Origin: Choristocarpus tenellus KU-1152
Lineage: Eukaryota; Protista; Phaeophyceae
DNA length: 46,292 bases
Direction: 5' to 3'
Assembly: GCA_964200185.2 (NCBI GenBank)
Contig: CAXNAD020000020.1
Span: forward strand, 1 to 46,292
Part shown: one piece after another, positions 25,701-37,500 of the stretch
Layout of the letters: the number at the start of each line of letters is the position of its first letter
Numbering within the stretch: the stretch's first letter is position 1
Notes under the pieces: generated by a model
Database searches by the model: none
What the model was told of the DNA's origin: nothing
What the model saw: only the letters and a program-made list of their open reading frames with translations
Translations under genes and position numbers: made by a program

Positions 25701-28526
25701 TGACCAACTATTATGACCCTGGTGACTATGAACTGGAGAAGGGATGGTTTCCGTTCCGCAATAACCACTTCTTTGTTGCAAGCGACAAGGTATGTAACTG
25801 AAACCAACCTCTATCTCAATAGTTGTGATTGATGAGTGTTGGTCACAATAGTTACTGGTTCTTCATTGTCCAACTGATTTTTGTTTTGTTTTGACTGTGA
25901 AGCGGGTCTTGCTGTGTGTTATGTTTGCAATGAATGAATGTTGTTGAATCAATTCAATCGAAAGGTTGTACAATCTTTGTAAGAAAATAACCCTGTCTTC
26001 CAACAAATGTACTTGACATACTTTCAGTTGCTTGTGGCATCCTATACTTCCACTGTCTTGACAACAATGTACTTCTTTGTTCTAAATAGTTAATACTAGC
26101 CGTTGCATCATGTTGACAATAAACTTCACTACAATAGACCTAGTACTTTGCACCCCCTACAACGCTGGCGAGTTTGCATTTTCTTGAGAATATCTCTATC
26201 TACTAGTGGTTTTGTGTATCAGCAACTTTCCACAACTGGTAGATGCCTCCTGTTGTAGGCCAAGTGTGTGTTGGGATGGAGTCCAAAGCATGATATTGTT
26301 GAAGATCTTCCTGAGTACTTCCAGGGTTATAAGGCTGCAGGAAAGCATGAGGGCGAGCCGGACTTCTTGAAGGTCAGTCCCTTATCTTGAATTGGCTGTA
26401 ATTGCTTACTTCTACTAGTCCCATAAGTAAACTTGGAAATTTACTATGAACTGTCATTCTTTTAGCACACTACGAGGTGCCACATCATTGATAAATCTAG
26501 TTTGTAAGGGGGGGTGTATCGGTTGGCTTGTTCCATGTGAGCAGGGAGTTCAGATGAACTTGGTTGTAGTTTCTCTGAATTTATCGGTGAACCTATCCAG
26601 TATCCAGAACTCATTTACAAATCAACTATTAACATGAGAGTATTGGGCATTCCTCTCTGCATAATATGCCAGGGGGGAAACTCTGATAAAGATGCCTTTC
26701 TTTGCAAGAATGATGGGGATGCCTGAACTGGTACACTGCCTTGATGTACAAAAATTGGCACTTCCCATTTGTTCTGTATTATAGTTTATCTTGTTTCAAT
26801 GTTCAATTTAACTGTAGACTCAAGGGCGTCCCTTGAGCTGCTGCATAGCAAAATGTTGGTGAATAGATTAATGACTTCACAATTTGTTCTTATCTCCCTC
26901 CATTTTCAAGACTTCCTGGTCAGGACCAGCCTCTCTGCCTTCCCATACAAAGTCATGTTGAGTTACTCCACCCAACTGCCCAGCCTAGTGTAGTCTTCAA
27001 TGACTTGTACAGGCAAAGTGATGCCCTGCTTGTGGTTGTGTTGCTGTCCATCCTCTGACTAACCGGTGTTTCAAAAAGCATACCTTCTTGCACATCAATG
27101 GATTTAATCTAGGACTTTGAAGCATTTCCAATGGGACACACAATACAGTACTATGTTATCTAGCTTAATGAATATGCTCTTGAGTCTAAATATCATATTG
27201 AGCATGTAATTTGTGTAGTGGTGCTGAACCGTCTCACTCAGTAGTATCACCTATTTACCCCTGTGATGTGATCAATGATACAATAAAAGTGTTGCTATTA
27301 TTAGTTGCAGCTGCTTATCCTCTTGTAGAACTGTCCTAACCAAGTAGAATATTTCAGGACGTCTTGACACAAAAGATAGGTGTTGTGGCACACTTGTCAT
27401 AAGAGGTTTTCAGAATTTTAAAGGGCCCGATAAGGAGGGTGCTGTACAGGATGATTCTTGGACAGTACCAGGGAATAGTATTTGTCAGTGGTATCTTCTG
27501 CTATGATGGCGCATGAAACTGTGACGGTGCTTTGTGCATACCTTACATCACCAATGATTTACTTCATACTGTTGTACCATCTGTCATGCTCAACCCCCAT
27601 TTTTTTGTTGTCAGAAATCAAGGTTTTGAGGATTAGTCAACAGCCTGTATACATCACTCCTTTCTTTTTGTTTCCATCAACCATGTCCTAAACCCAGGCT
27701 CTTGCTGTCTCACCTTACAGTTTTTTATTGATCACTGTAAACATTATCCCTGTTTGAAATGCTGGATATTTCTACTTTTCATTATTTTACGAATTTGCTC
27801 TTGCACCAACTATGAATTCTTGAATATTTGTAAAGTGAGATGTTTCTTGTTGATGTTGGTTGAGAGGTCAGGTTGACTTGTATCATGTTTATGTTGTTCA
27901 CTAGGACCACTATACCTGTAGCGTAAAATCCCATATTGAGATGATTGCACTTGTTGTGGGGTGGTCATGGATATGGGACATGGGTAGAAAGAACTCCACG
28001 GCAGTTTTCTATCTGCTGTCCCCACACCATGCCTGTGCAGGATATCGAGATGGGAGCTTCTAAGCGGCAGCTGTGAAGACCAGCTATGTAGCCCTTGCCA
28101 TAGGGGTGGAGGTGACCTTCCTTTCCTGCTCCTGCTTCGTTCTCCCCACCAAATTGAAACTTGAACCAGGACGATGAGATCAATCTGAGCTGGCACCATG
28201 ACTACGTGCCATACACAATGAAGAAAGAGTACCGTGAGGAATTCCCTGACCTTGATGAAGAGATGGAGCACATAAAGAAAACATTTGACCCAAAGGATAG
28301 ATTCTACTACTCTGCTGTCGGGGAGAATTGGTGGAAAGAACACTTGGAAGAGCACCCGGAGGATGCTGACCCTTTAGCTGAGGCTACGGCTGAATATGAA
28401 AAGTATATGGCAGCTCACCCAGGACTGGCCGAGCAATTAGAAAAGGAAGAGGCTGAGTTTGAGAGGAGTGAACTTGAGGCAATGCTGAAAGCCAAAGGAA
28501 TAGATATATCAGAGATAGAAGAGTAA
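22781..28526 (+). CDS. CSP41a: Chloroplast stem-loop binding protein 41 kDa a (atypical SDR/epimerase fold), plastid-targeted, with an acidic C-terminal extension; 10 exons
   Basis: Exons 22781-22946, 23142-23286, 23452-23612, 23848-23905, 24111-24205, 24387-24576, 24901-24963, 25676-25789, 26259-26372, 28170-28526. Bipartite leader ...LVSA-FYAP (ASAFAP-like). Motifs KALIVQNKGGGHGELGY, FDYVFDNYAKD, YVSSGGMY, FRPQYIYG, DWFFDRIV, HAEDVASML, VFNCATDR, FPFRNNHF and LGWSPKH. Confidence 0.9.
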
Positions 28527-28612
28527 GCCCCTTGTCTCGTCAAGACTTGTTCAGTCGCAGTGGCATTGATAAATCGTTGAGTTTTGTGTAATCGAGTTTC
28601 TGGACAAGAATC

Positions 28613-28863
28613 CTGTATCATGTATTATGTATCATTATCCAGTCTGAGAACCACCACATCACTGTTAGTTATTGCCCATTTCATCTCCCAAAGAGCTGTA
28701 TCATGTATTATGTATCATTATCCAGTGTGAGAACCACCACATCACTGTTAGCTTGTTGCCCATTCCATCCCCCAAAGAGCTGCATCATGTATTATGTATC
28801 ATTATCCAGTGTGAGAACCACCACATCACTGTTAGCTTGTTGCCCATTCCATCCCCCAAAGAG
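28613..28863. repeat. Tandem repeat, 3 x 83-84 bp, whose third copy is the coding 3' end of the kelch gene
   Basis: Units start at 28613, 28696 and 28780. The minus strand of unit 3 encodes LFGGWNGQQANSDVVVLTLDNDT*. Confidence 0.95.
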
Positions 28864-31800
28864 AAAGAAAGCATTTCCAATGGCCACGCATGTGTGCCCA
28901 TATCTGGAAGAGAAGGTGAGTTGGGTGCACATTCGAGAGGATGGGGTTATTGGTTCTCCGGTTTTTCCTTGAGGACTTACTGCATGCACATGATTCCCTC
29001 GACCGGTCTCTCAACCAGTTTCAAAAGTGACCATTATTTTTAATGTTTAATGGTACATGTTGAGTACATACATATTATTACTGTTACACTGTTAACATTG
29101 AACGTATTTTCTTTTTAGTGACTCACTTGTGTTCGGGTACTCCTTGTCCACGTACTGATGGTTTGTACAACAAGAGTGTCTTATTTGGGAGTATCCTAGA
29201 GGCAATTAATGTCTCAGCGCCTATTCGCTTGTTAGTTGCGTGTTGCTGTAGTCCTCCTAATCCCCATCCGCCAAAGAGTATGGCAGATCCCCCCTCCTCA
29301 TTGAGGGCAAGAGTATGGTTGTGTCGAGCAGATACCTTGGAACCTGAATATTTCAGGTGCATACGCATGATAGTGTGCTCCTGAAGACTTTTTTCTAATG
29401 ATCTGATTCTCACATAGGACTCTTCACACTTGACAGACAGGCAGGTCTACTGTTAGGGATGTTAGTAAATGACCTGCTTCAAATGAATCTATCAGATGTT
29501 TGCTAGCCCTACCTGCATTGGTAAGGGTGGGTTACCAACACCACTCTGGTCAACAGGTTCAAGAATTGGCTATTTCAATGTGAGGGTGTCTGGAGTCAAC
29601 GGAGATAGGAATATGCGTTGGTTCCCAAGGTCTGTTGGTTTGGGGATATCCACAAATGGGGAGTCAGCAATGATAGATTCAAATTGGTATCTTGAATGGA
29701 CTTGATGTGGATATGCCCTTTATTAGTAGAGGAGAAGCATGTGAAATTTTCCTCTTTTGAGGTGTGGTTGTCTTTTCAATACTCAAAAGTAAATTTTTTC
29801 CTATCTACATCTTTATATAGAGATACTTCGTTGGGAAGTATCCTTGTACATGCACATTGATAATGTTCATTGGAGCTCAAATTTTGTGCAAAATCCATAA
29901 TCCTTTGGATCATACAGGAAACGTTGACAAATAGAAGTCAGATAAAATGAAAAACTTAGCTAAGATTTTTTTAATGCTTTGTGATGTTGAGTTGCCATTT
30001 GAATCAAACAGGGGCAGTGTTACAAACCTTTTTAGGAGCATAAACATATCTGGACAAAAACTCAACAGGCAATTCAGGGAATAAGAATATGGAGTAAATG
30101 CTGAACAGTGAAGAAAATTCTCTGGTTCCACAGGACCTGAACATATTGTAACATATAGAATCACTTCCCAATTCATCAGGACTGTGGGACAACAGATCAC
30201 AATCACTGAAAGGATGGGTGGCTACTGCCAGTGGTAAAGTGAAATTCGATTGACACGAAAATGGCCAAGTGCCTCTTGTGTATCTCTTAATTTAGTTGTG
30301 TTACGGATCAAAGAATTTTTGGGTGTTTTAGTAATCAAATTGAAAAAATATCATAAAAAGCGCTTGGATTAAATTAAAGGATGCTGGAGACATTGGACAT
30401 GGCAAGGTTGCTTCTTGTGAGGGAATTCTGAGGGTTGCAAGAATGTTCAACGCAAATTGCACAGTTCCCTTATGTACAATAATTAAGAGTATTTTAGTCA
30501 TAGAAAGGTTTCAATTACAATCTTGAGTATTTGTTCAAATGAATCATTTACAACATTAGGAAAGTGAATGAGAGGTACAGGACAAGGAGTTGCATATGCG
30601 GAGAGTAATGAGAGGAACAACAACATTCCCTTTGCTTTTTATTTCTCCACAATTGTTGTTTCTTCTTTCTCCACAACCACCTCCCCCTGCTAAGAGAACA
30701 GACCGAAGCATACAAAAAAGTAATGTCCATCACGGTTGCCAAATATAGTTTGACTGGAGGCAATACTTGCAGCATGGGGGTTACTGAATCGGACAGCAAA
30801 TGATATAGTTGTGATAAAAATACATAGTGAAGTCCATCCTCACAGCAGAAGGGGAAGCTTTCTTGTTTGTGCTGTTCAAAAACATAATAGTGGGGTTTGG
30901 TTGATGTTTGACTTCAGTCACACTAGGATTGAGTTGTTTTGTAATTGGAGATTGTTCATTAGCTGCAGTATTTTCCTCCCCCTTACCCATGGTCTTGGCC
31001 TTGGACCACAACATTGTCTCAGTGTCAAGCTGCTGGAGGTCCCCATGGTACTTTGGAATGCCCACTTCTCCAACTGTGACACCACCAGATAAGAGCACCC
31101 GACCATCTGCCAGAAGCACCATACAATGGCCATGCCTGTGTTTGCCATTTGATTTTTAGATATTGAGAAGGAGCTTACATGAATTCAACATGACTTTAAC
31201 TTAAACCTCTCCAAAAAACGATAAGTGGTGTTGCACCATATTGGGTGCTCAATGGTGGTCACCTGGAAAGCAAGCACTTCTCTCTAAAATCTCACAGCAC
31301 ACTACAAAAGGAAAGTACTATGCATAGGAAATTTTGTATTGTGAACAGCAGGAATTGGGGTTTGTGGAGGCAGTCCTTGTCCCAACACCCAAATATTGGC
31401 ATAACTTCCAAGTACTCAAAAAAATTCTACTACACTTTTACATCCCCGTCTCAATGGGTGTGTCTGAAAGACAAAAATGTTTTGAAGCCAATTCTTTATT
31501 CTAGACTCACCTTGGAGTTGGAGGAAGTCCTCCCACTCGAGGTTGTATCCACGCAAAGGAATCAGTATCAAAAACCCAGAGGTCATCGAAGCAATGTGAT
31601 GCACCGTCCCAGCCACCATGAATCACGATCTTGTGCCCCACCAAGGTAGATGCCTGCCCAAACCTGTATGAAAGACACCGGACCTGTTACTACAGGACAG
31701 GTGTTGTGAAGGAATTGAATAAATCTATTGCGCTTGTCAGAGTTTGATGGAAATGCCTACAAAGTGAAATAGAAAACTCAACAAATGCAAGAACATGTCT

Positions 31801-32897
31801 GGTCTGTCTCTGATCTGAAGCTCTTCATTTTCCACAACTCGTAAAATCTTCCTAAGTGCTTCCTTTATTTCAATGGGTGAGGCTATTATGGGCATGGCCT
31901 AGATTAGGGTATACTCTTCTGAAACGGAAATATGGTTAGTGCACAATTCTATATATGTGATATTCGTAATTTGATTCAAGTAATATTTTTGACGATCTCG
32001 TGCTATTAGGGAACGTGTTCCGTTCGTAACCGTGAGTAGGTCTATTCGCACATGCTTACTGCCCTTGTCACTCTTTCCACTGATCTAGCTAGCGCAAAGA
32101 GATAAAGTTTTTGCTTATGGGAACAGTATGGGTAACTTTCGCTATTTTGACTTGAAGAGCTTCAGCTACCTTGGTGATGGTCCAGTGGAAGTGGCATTGA
32201 CCTGTATCCATGTCCAATCAACTAGATCAAGGAAATGCACATCACGGTAGAGACGGCCAACCTGCCCCTTGCCCCCAATTACGAACATCCGAGATCCCAC
32301 AAGGTGGCAGCAATGCCCATATCGCGAATCAGGCAGTTTCCCACCACAACGAACTTCCTGCCAGGTCATTGTTTCGATATCTAGGACCCACGTGTCGTTC
32401 AAGTAGCTGAAGATCCTCTGAATAAACGAATAGGGTAGATAAAGCAGTTGACTAGAAGATGCGAACTGAACATATAAGCAGAAGCCAACCTCTGCACTAT
32501 CCCATACATCATTGGTGTAAATCCCTATGGCTTTGACTGGCTACTAGTAATGACGTTTGGGGAACTCGAATTGATTTCCAGCAGATGAGAAATGTCGATC
32601 GTAGTGAGAGTGATTTTGAGGGTGGAGACCTACGTTTCCCTTGTAAAAGCTTCCACCAAACACCACAAGTTGAAAGTCTGCAACGACGCATGAGTGCCCC
32701 CCTCTGGCGGGGATGCGCTCGCCGCTTGTGGATGCCTGATATAGTTTTGGGGTGGGTGTAGTGTGAATGATGTGATCTCGTTTTCTTGTATGGTACTTTT
32801 TAGCCCGACCCAAATCCGTTGGTCAACACCCTACCTGGGTCCAAGTTACAACTCGCGGCAAGGAGGTATCGACAAGGCTACTGTCCCTACTTGCCAT
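28792..32897 (-). CDS. Kelch-repeat beta-propeller protein (KLHDC/RABEPK-like), 7 exons
   Basis: Exons 32897-32835, 32735-32634, 32417-32170, 31663-31511, 31135-30987, 29343-29127, 28903-28792. Six R/K.(G/N)(H/Q)...GG blades: ARGGHSC..VFGG, SRYGHCC..VIGG, PRFGQAS..IHGGW, PRHGHCM..LSGG, ARHNHTL..LFGGW and KYGHTC..LFGGW. Confidence 0.88.
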
Positions 32898-33040
32898 GTT
32901 CTACCCAAACTAAATCTGTCGAAAAAGGATGAGAGTGTAGTTTGAAGTGTTGGTCGACGGTTTCAATCTGACAATTCTGAAGTGTAGGACTATTATTGTA
33001 TTCATTGTTGTTTCTCTCCACAAACTGAAATATAGACGGA
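32898..33040. promoter_or_regulatory. Probable compact bidirectional promoter between the kelch gene and NAA50
   Basis: The divergent ATGs are only 143 bp apart. Confidence 0.5.
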
Positions 33041-33774
33041 ATGGCTGTGGCAGAGAGCTGGAACGTGACATTTGGTAACATCACCGAGACCAATGTGCAA
33101 CAGCTACGTAAATTGAACAGTGCAATCTTCCCTGTACGATATCATGACAAATTCTACGCCGATATTTTGTCCACAAATCCTGATTTCACTCAGTTCGGTA
33201 AGAGGCCCAGTAACACAAGCGTCCTCGCACTCTGTTGCAACATGATGTTGATACCCTCAACCTTGCGAAGCCTATAGTAGCTTCAGTCTTGACTTTACTT
33301 TTCTGCATGTTTGACCTCCCATAAACCCCGCAGTGTACTCGAACGACTTAATCGTGGGTGCTATGTGCTGCCGCATAGAGGACAGTGAATTTCCCAACCA
33401 CAAAAAACTCTATATCATGACACTGGGCGTGCTAGCATCCTGGAGGCGACGTGGTATTGGCTCAAAGCTCCTGCGCCGAGCAATAACAAACCTTTTGCAT
33501 TACCCTAATATTCGGGAGATTTATCTACACGTCCAGACGAGCAACCAAGAAGCAGTGAACTTCTATAAGGCAAGGGCATTTATTGGACTGTTACACCCCC
33601 CTTGATATGCGTTGGCGACCTAGCTGACTATAGCCCTTCCTCCCTCTAAAATTAACGCTTTCCGCACAGGCTCACGGATTCTGCGTCGAGGCAAAGATCG
33701 AGAACTATTACAATCGAATCGAACCTCCAGACTGCTACCTTCTCCAGAGATGTGTGGAGGATAACGTACCATAG
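33041..33774 (+). CDS. NAA50: N-alpha-acetyltransferase 50 (NatE catalytic subunit, GNAT), 3 exons
   Basis: Exons 33041-33197, 33334-33569, 33670-33774. Motifs NVQQLRKLNSAIFPVRYHDKFY, LYIMTLGVLASWRRRGIGSKLL, IYLHVQTSN and IENYYNRIEPPDCYLL. The second intron is GC-AG (AAG|GCAAGG). Confidence 0.93.
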
Positions 33775-34589
33775 CCTCCGAGTGAACATTTGAGATATTT
33801 TACATGGGACCCTCATTGTGAATTTAAATACGTGCAATTGTGTAGAGTTGGATTGGAAGCATAAGTTTTATTTGTAGAATGTGTTTAGGGCGAAAAACAC
33901 TTCTTGAGGGGGCACAAAAATCGTACCTTAGGCAGTCGAGATTTGTACCCGTGTTTCCTTTGCATTATGACCACCTTGGCGTCTCTTTGTGATCTTTGAA
34001 GTGTACACTGAGTCAGCTAACCCCCTGGTATATGTGGGCTCAGACATGGAGTATGGATATTGTTGTGAGCAAAACATGGAGAGACAGGTGACTTTTGAGG
34101 GTCATGTACCCTTTCTGGTAAATAAGACCTCACGGGCCTCGTATGCATGAGTTTGACATTATGGAGCTCTGACACTCAAAGTATGAAATATGAACTTCCC
34201 GATCACTTGTTGCTTTTTGGCGAAGACATAATGGAGATAAGCAAACCTCATGTTCAGTGGTTTTATAAACAGCGATGGCAACCTAAATTGCCATCCCATC
34301 CATACTTGTAGTGCTTGTGATCTAAAGAATTTGAGATCTATAGACTATTTTGGTGATTGGAGCACCTTTTTTCTATCAATCTAATATCTCCTACCAATGA
34401 CCATTACCCTACTTCTCCAGTGCCAATAGTATTTCCAGCCACTACCCTCTCATCCACACAATTCCTGCGCTACACTCTTATCAATAGTGTTCGTCTATAA
34501 TCCATCTAATCCACTTGGGATGTACACATCCTTATTCTTGTACTCTGAAGTAACGAATCAATCACGTTTGTTCCAACAACTTGCAAGGG

Positions 34590-37500
34590 TCAGTCTCTCT
34601 TACCATGGCCAATCCTATCCTTCTCCACCTCCAAAAAGCAGTCATTGACGAATGATATATATTTTTGTTGATCAAATGAACCACGGAAGAAGTTGCATGA
34701 TAGGTTCACCTCCAGCAAGAGTACCCCAGAGCTGGTTAAAGCTACGTCCCATCCAACCAGAAGAACATCAGGCAGAAGCTTAAAGTGTGCATTTGTAACA
34801 AGTGATAGAATGCCTGCAATGTCTGGTATCGTCTCACCAGTGATGACCCTGAAAAACAGAGAGGTGTATGATGTTATGTGAGTGGTGATGTGAGTGTCCA
34901 TGAATTTAACTGTTGTGCGTAAGTATGTTGCAACCATATTTCCAGCCTCTCCCACCAACTGCTACATCCATATTGCACCACACATGTCAAGCTAGTTCTG
35001 AATTAATAGTCCTAATTAAATGTTAATCTCCCCTTCATGGTAGCTGTCCAAACTTATTGTGGGGGCAAATTGGGGCAATGATGCAAAACAGTAATCACAC
35101 CTACATGTTGTTATCAGGATGGTGAGTGGTGTTATGTGAAGAAACCCATTGTGTCTTGAAGATCTTGTCCAAACCCAGTTGATACCAGTGGTCATTTGTT
35201 GTGCCCATCAAAATCTTCCCAGTGGAGGAGTTGACATCAAACAAAATAGATGAATGATCTGTAAGGGAATGCTTGCGCCCCGCACGAAAAACACAAGAGA
35301 GTGGTTTAATGCTGGACTCTCCCGGGTTACCACCAGTTCGCTTCTCAATCCACCACCTGAAATTGAGGGTACGTTGAGCCAAATGAATGTTTGAATTTTT
35401 ATGCCTTAAAACCGCCAAAATGGTTCTAGATATTTGCATGTTGTCACAACTGACAACCTGTGCGGAGTTAGCTCATGTCAATGGAATGCCAGAGAGTATA
35501 CCTCCACCCAAGAGAGCATCAATAATGTAACCTTCCAGTGATGTTGGGTTTAAGATTGTCCTTTGTACCCTGCTTTTAAGTATCATGTTCAGCTTGACCA
35601 GGGTTATGTAAACATAGCAGGATACTGTTATAAATATGGTGGTGGGGGGTGTCCACTGAGATGCATGAAATACCAGAGAGTAAACCTCCACCAAGAGAGC
35701 ACCAACAATGCAACCTCCCAGTGGTGTTGGGTTTAAGATTGCCCTTTGTACCCTACTTCCAAGTATCATGTTCAGCTTGACCAGGGTTATGTAAACATAG
35801 CAAGATATTGTGTGAGGGGGTGTCCACTGAGACGCAGTCCTGAGTATATATTACCTACGCGACAGTGCTTACGTTCTTACACAGTTCTGAAGTACTCGAA
35901 AGAATGTGTCACATGAACTAAAGTTGCATTTTGTGCATTGAAGTTGAAAACTTCCCTTCTTCAAGTGCAACTGCAAATATCATTCTCTAACCATGGTACT
36001 CTACAAATTGTACTCACATGATCCTGTGTTGGGTGCAGGTATACGACAATGACAATATCAACAATTGCAGGTACACTTGATGTTCACAAGGCATTGTACT
36101 GGAAGCAGATCAAGACTGAGACTGAGGTTCTACTGCACTTGAAACGCATAATCATCCCCTACATGTTCAACATTGCTATATACTTTTAAAAGTATCTAAT
36201 AGCTGGAGAACATCTTCATACTTGCATCTTGAACAGAGTGTAAATATTCAATGGGATTCCATGGGTGGGCACTTAAGTCTATGGAGCGACCTCCAGTTCA
36301 CCTCATTATCTCAGAGTAGATATTTCAGTGCAATTATTGAGGCAGAGATGGAATAATCTCAATGGAGCCGCTTCATGCATATGGTACCAAATACACTGGA
36401 AACATTTAAAAAGAAAAGACGAGTGACTGGACAAAAAATATTCGCTTGCATCTCCTGCGGACAATCTCATACCCAAAAGCCCCTCTTAATTGAAAAACAA
36501 AATGAGATATGGTTGGCCCACATGAAATTGGGACGTCATCACTAAAGGGGTCATAAAATCAGCAACCACAAAACCAGTGAATGAAAAACCCTTGTCTGTG
36601 CACCTGGATGCAGTGATCACACGCATAGTAGACAGTGGGGCACCATCTGGAAGGAGGGAGCTGATGAAATTGCTATTGTGAAGCCGTTCTTGGATAATCC
36701 AGGAGCCTCCGATTGTAGCATTCTTATAGAAGAACAAGCCCATTCCACCCTGTGGAGTAAGGTGGATTGTACAACACAAAGGTTTCCAAAGGTGTCACAC
36801 AGAAATGCTCTCGGATACTAGAAAAAGTACAGTCTAGCTGAAGGTACACATGTACTACAGGTCTCACCTCTTCGTCCTTGTCCTTGATTACCAATTCGGG
36901 TACATCTAGAAATGGTGATATTGGCACTCCATTCTTCTTTGCTTCTGTGAGAAAGGTCCACTGTAGCAGGTATGGGATTAGGGGTGTTGGGGTGTACATA
37001 TGTTGCTTCAAATATGAAAGCATGCTCACTATGCTACTGATCAATCAGTTTGAAAAGATAGTTTAGTGAAGTAGTTGACGTGACTGGCCCATGCCTAGAA
37101 CTCCTATAAAAGTTTGATAATACCTAGAGTCATAGAGCAATTGCCTTTTGAACATTCTGCTATGATTTTCCAACAATAATTTATTACTTTTTGAAGATGG
37201 CGTGGGAAAATACAAGAAATAACGGTGCAACAAAATGTCCTGGCCACAACAGTCAGGAACTTGTTCAAGACATACCAGAACTGAGTCCACAGCAAACCGA
37301 AATGCAGTTGGTTGGTTGTTAAGACAAGCTAATGTGTCCTCACTGCAGAAAGGGAAAAAAATAGCAAAAATCAACCATACAAGCACTGAAAATGTTGCAC
37401 ACAGTTCAAACACAGGAATTTACACCACATACCTTGTCCTCCTGGGAATAACCCTGGCTTCCTGTATGTAGCGCATGGTAACTGGCCAATCTGCAATTTA

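Noticed and set aside
27810-28355. 181-aa minus-strand ORF
   Set aside because: Antisense shadow of the CSP41a last exon and intron, with no recognisable motifs.
28320-28380. Resemblance of WKEHLEEHPEDADPL in the CSP41a extension to the CP12 C-terminus
   Set aside because: The CP12 cysteines and the AWD.VEEL core are absent, so the similarity is only compositional.
28613-28863. CRISPR-like or coding repeat (ORFs 28672-29043 and 28703-28972 on +)
   Set aside because: The units are contiguous with no unique spacers and the context is eukaryotic. The + strand ORFs are shadows of the duplicated kelch 3' end.
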